Shown: piece by piece, positions 60,967 to 64,000 of the stretch | How positions within the stretch are numbered: position 1 is the first letter of the stretch | Layout: the number at the start of each line of letters is the position of its first letter | NCBI GenBank assembly: GCA_023920165.1 | Contig: CP089274.1 | Location: forward strand, 1,860,001-1,924,000 | DNA length: 64,000 nucleotides | From: Curvularia clavata | Lineage: Eukaryota | Direction of reading: 5' to 3' | The notes under the pieces: model-generated | Database searches by the model: none | What the model was told of the DNA's origin: nothing | The model's input: only the letters and a program-made list of their open reading frames with translations | Position numbers and translations under genes: made by a program

Positions 60967-61837
60967 ACATGTTATGATAGCGTGTGACAAGTACAAGGCA
61001 TTAAGAAGCCGTGATAACAAGAACTTGGAGACTACTTGGAAGAAAGTATATGATAGTTGCCTCAGGCTACTACGCATTAGCTGTTTTCAGGCACCCTTTA
61101 CAAAGTGCGAGTGGGAAGCGATGAATTGAGTCGGATGGAAGTTCCAGCTGTATATCTGTTAGCTGTATTGCACTAATCTTATCGGGAGCAAATAGGAGAC
61201 GTTACTGAAACCCACGCCGCATTCCAACAGTCAAGTTGCGAAATTCACAAACTAAAAAACCTCGTCTTGAGTAGCGCTGTAGAGGCTGTAGAGGCACCGA
61301 AATGGCTTCATGAGAACTTACGCCTTGATACATTTCTTCTGTTGCTTGTGCGGGCTGTCGTTCTGATCGATGATCCCTTTTTATATTATCCTCGAACAGG
61401 ATCTCCGCCGCTGCTCCTCTCCTAACTTCCTGTGGCAAATGCAGCCCACTTTGACCTTTTGTTTCCGCTCTCCTGCTGGGGTTACGATGTGTTGGGTGGC
61501 GGAAGCCGCTTCGGCTTATTTTTGTGAGGGAAGTGAAGAACGTATATCAACGACAGTAGACATAGTATGATAGCGTGTGACAACTACAAGGACACGAAAA
61601 GACCGCCAGAACATCACTCAGGCAAACACATGCACATTTGGGACGATTTAGAGTGGTATATTAGAGCCACCTGTGGCAAATACAGCCTACTCTCAATAGT
61701 CTTTATCCTCTTGAGACTCCGGCATTTTACACACTGACGTATGTGAGCAGGACTAAAGAATGACAGTGTATGCTGACAATGTAAACATGTCATGATAGCA
61801 TTTGGCAACTACGAGGCACCAAGAAGTCACGAAAACA
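60967..61837 (+). repeat. Three dispersed degenerate direct repeats of ~30-53 bp
   Basis: Copies at ~60967-61019, ~61560-61591, ~61785-61837; TATGATAGCGTGTGACAAGTACAAGG (60973-60998) vs TATGATAGCGTGTGACAACTACAAGG (61566-61591) match at 25/26. Confidence 0.8.
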
Positions 61838-62089
61838 GAGTGCACACTTGAAAAATTGATATCGTCGTATTAAGTTGTGTCGGGCAACCACCTGTGTGCT
61901 ATTTATACATTATTTTCTTTATCGTCATCACCATCATCGTCATCGCAAAAAAAAAAAAAAAAAAAAATCCGCGGCAAATACAGGTATCTTTACTTGTTGT
62001 CTTCGTCCTTCTCCTAAGGCTCTGGGGTGTCGGGCGGCGGCCGCGGCGGGTAAAGAACGCTCATCAAGCGAAAGAACTTGCTCCGAATC

Positions 62090-64000
62090 TCAGCCATTGT
62101 TTTCTGAAGAGGGTTTTTGGGCGGCAAGTTGGCGAATGAGGCGGGTGCTCTTCCGCCACCACTTCTTGGAATGGCGAGATTCGGCCTCAACCGAAGCCCT
62201 GCCTTGGATGACTTCAGTTGCTGAAGCCTCCACCCACTCAGGAGACGATTGGGCTCGACCAGCTCGCAGGACCAACTTGTAGTACACGTTGTCACAAGCT
62301 CTCAGAATCCGCTTGCACAGCGGATCTCTGGCCTCGCGAGTGATGTCGTGCATCTCGTCAGTGTCCGACACACACGACTGATCACTGAAGATTGCAGTGG
62401 GTGGTGACAGAACAGAGGTCGGGTATTGCTCTCCAGCTTTGTGAGGCTGGTTGCTTATGTGACTACAGCTATTCAAACGGTCTGCAGGAGCTCGCGCGAT
62501 ATTATCAGCTGGTGGATGAGGAGGAGGTGCAAGGACAGGCGGTGCAGTCGAAAAGGCAGTTGTTCCGGACGCTTCAGAAAGCCTGTTGCGGATATGGGGA
62601 GGTCTGGAGTAATGAGATGGACTCGAAGCTACTGAATGTGGCAGGAAGGTGTCAACAGCAGTGTTTGTTGACACTGCCGAAGCATAGTTTGTGTCTGGGT
62701 TGCAGGGACGCGTCTCGCCTGCTTGAGACGTCGATGTCCTTGACCTCGAGGACCTTTTCAGGGGAAATGTGAGGTCGCTCGAAGTGCGACGACCTTGGTT
62801 GTGGAGCGCGCGAGAACGTCCGCGCGAGGCAGCAGCCTGTGAATTGGACGGCGGAGCTGTGTTACGTTGTGTATAGAAGGACCTGCTCGAGGGCAAGGTC
62901 AAGGCGCTTGAATAGCGAGGATCTTGAATATGAAGAGCGTTAGAGCGGTGGCGGGTGACAGCAGATGGTTCAACCTGTGGGTTGCTGGGTGGAGCTGTTG
63001 AGCGAGGTGTTTGCCTGGGAAATGTGCCATTGCCCGTCTTTAACTTCTCAACTGCATCTGCCCCACTAGCGCCGATGGCAGCAACACCACCGTCCATGCA
63101 GCCTGGCACACCACTCTCCTTCTCTTTGCTGTAATCCTTTCCTCTCTTTTCGAGCCCATCATCGATAGCTCCCTCAGGAACCATATGAGGCATACCATGT
63201 ACAGGTCCAAGACGAGCAGATGAGCGTTCTTGAGTAGGGTGAGTACGGTTAACCCCTTTCTTGATCGGAGACTCTGTGGACTCAACACGCTTGCGAGACT
63301 CCTTCAACGATGGGCTAGACTCTGGAAAGCTCTGTCTAAGTCCTCCTACTGCAGGTACAGCCAAGCTCCTCATCTCCGCCACGAGCTCCGGCGAGCAAGC
63401 ACGATGCATCTCTGACAAGCCCGAAGTAGCAATAGGCTGCATTAAGAGCGCTGCCCGGTCAACCTCCTCCACTTCAGCAAGCGACATTCGCTGATCTTGC
63501 GTCTCATCAGCCGTCGCAAGTCTCGGCGGACTACCTCTATTCAACCTTGGCGACACATGGGGCACCTGCTCTGCCGAACGAGAATGGCGGAGACCAACAT
63601 TGCTGGACAGCTCACCGGACAGGTCAACTTGGCTGGACTGCATCGGAGACAACCCGCGACGTGATTGAGTGAAAGCATTACTCGCGTTGTTGTCTGTATC
63701 ACTACGTCGGCGTGACACTGTCGATAACCTACAGACATTGTCCGGATCCTCGCCCGAAGCCTGGATACCTGACTGCGTAACAAACACGGATCGAGTCTTG
63801 GGGCCTTCGTGCGACTCATCCCTCAAACCAGGAAGATGACGCGACGGACTAGGGTATCGATTTTTGGGCAGCTCAAGGTCGGCCGCACTATCTCCTTGGG
63901 CACCGTCCTCTTGTATATCCGTCAGTCGTCTCGGAGACAGCGAGTTGCGCTGAGACCCAACACCCACAGCTGAGCGCCGAGGACCATGTCGAGTGCCAAC
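62090..64000 (-). CDS. Large Ser/Arg/Pro-rich hypothetical protein, 3' part only; frame is open to the right edge
   Basis: More than 630 stop-free codons; low-complexity body and a short structured-looking C-terminus (DPLCKRILRACDNVYYKLVL...KKWWRK). No recognised domain. Confidence 0.6.
   Translation of the reverse strand, partial: VGTRHGPRRSAVGVGSQRNSLSPRRLTDIQEDGAQGDSAADLELPKNRYPSPSRHLPGLRDESHEGPKTRSVFVTQSGIQASGEDPDNVCRLSTVSRRRSDTDNNASNAFTQSRRGLSPMQSSQVDLSGELSSNVGLRHSRSAEQVPHVSPRLNRGSPPRLATADETQDQRMSLAEVEEVDRAALLMQPIATSGLSEMHRACSPELVAEMRSLAVPAVGGLRQSFPESSPSLKESRKRVESTESPIKKGVNRTHPTQERSSARLGPVHGMPHMVPEGAIDDGLEKRGKDYSKEKESGVPGCMDGGVAAIGASGADAVEKLKTGNGTFPRQTPRSTAPPSNPQVEPSAVTRHRSNALHIQDPRYSSALTLPSSRSFYTQRNTAPPSNSQAAASRGRSRALHNQGRRTSSDLTFPLKRSSRSRTSTSQAGETRPCNPDTNYASAVSTNTAVDTFLPHSVASSPSHYSRPPHIRNRLSEASGTTAFSTAPPVLAPPPHPPADNIARAPADRLNSCSHISNQPHKAGEQYPTSVLSPPTAIFSDQSCVSDTDEMHDITREARDPLCKRILRACDNVYYKLVLRAGRAQSSPEWVEASATEVIQGRASVEAESRHSKKWWRKSTRLIRQLAAQKPSSENNG

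Noticed and set aside
60967..61837. CRISPR-like array
   Set aside because: Eukaryotic context, three degenerate copies, unequal spacers of hundreds of bp and no cas genes.

Overview
Eukaryotic, intron-containing genomic DNA from a filamentous ascomycete (Pezizomycotina; short GT-AG introns with CTRAC branch sites; a Dothideomycete origin is only my guess). No prokaryotic operons, CRISPR arrays or intact transposons were seen. Gene order: GH32 beta-fructofuranosidase (5' end, runs off the left edge), HRD1 ERAD E3 ligase, hypothetical protein, THUMP/Tan1-like protein, APH-fold (pseudo)kinase, mitochondrial Mtf1-like factor, fructosyl-amino-acid oxidase, C2H2 transcription factor, a ~7.4 kb stretch without convincing genes, a small PY-motif membrane protein missed by the ORF track, Dopey, a Pro/Ser-rich hypothetical protein, an HNH-motif protein, PP28/PDAP1, a candidate box H/ACA snoRNA, an Argonaute with an intact DEDH tetrad, Rna14, Unc-50/Gmh1, an SDR, RPS20 (uS10) head-to-head with a Cue3/ASCC2-like gene, an intron-containing tRNA-Asp(GTC), and a large low-complexity ORF running off the right edge. 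The most notable items are the RNA-metabolism-rich block at 41-61 kb (HNH protein, snoRNA, Argonaute with a multiply spliced leader, uS10/Cue3 divergent pair), the hidden PY-motif gene, and two structured non-coding regions (7.5-7.9 kb and 12.6-13.8 kb). All exon boundaries were deduced by eye from splice signals and reading frame, and family calls come from motif recognition, not database searches.
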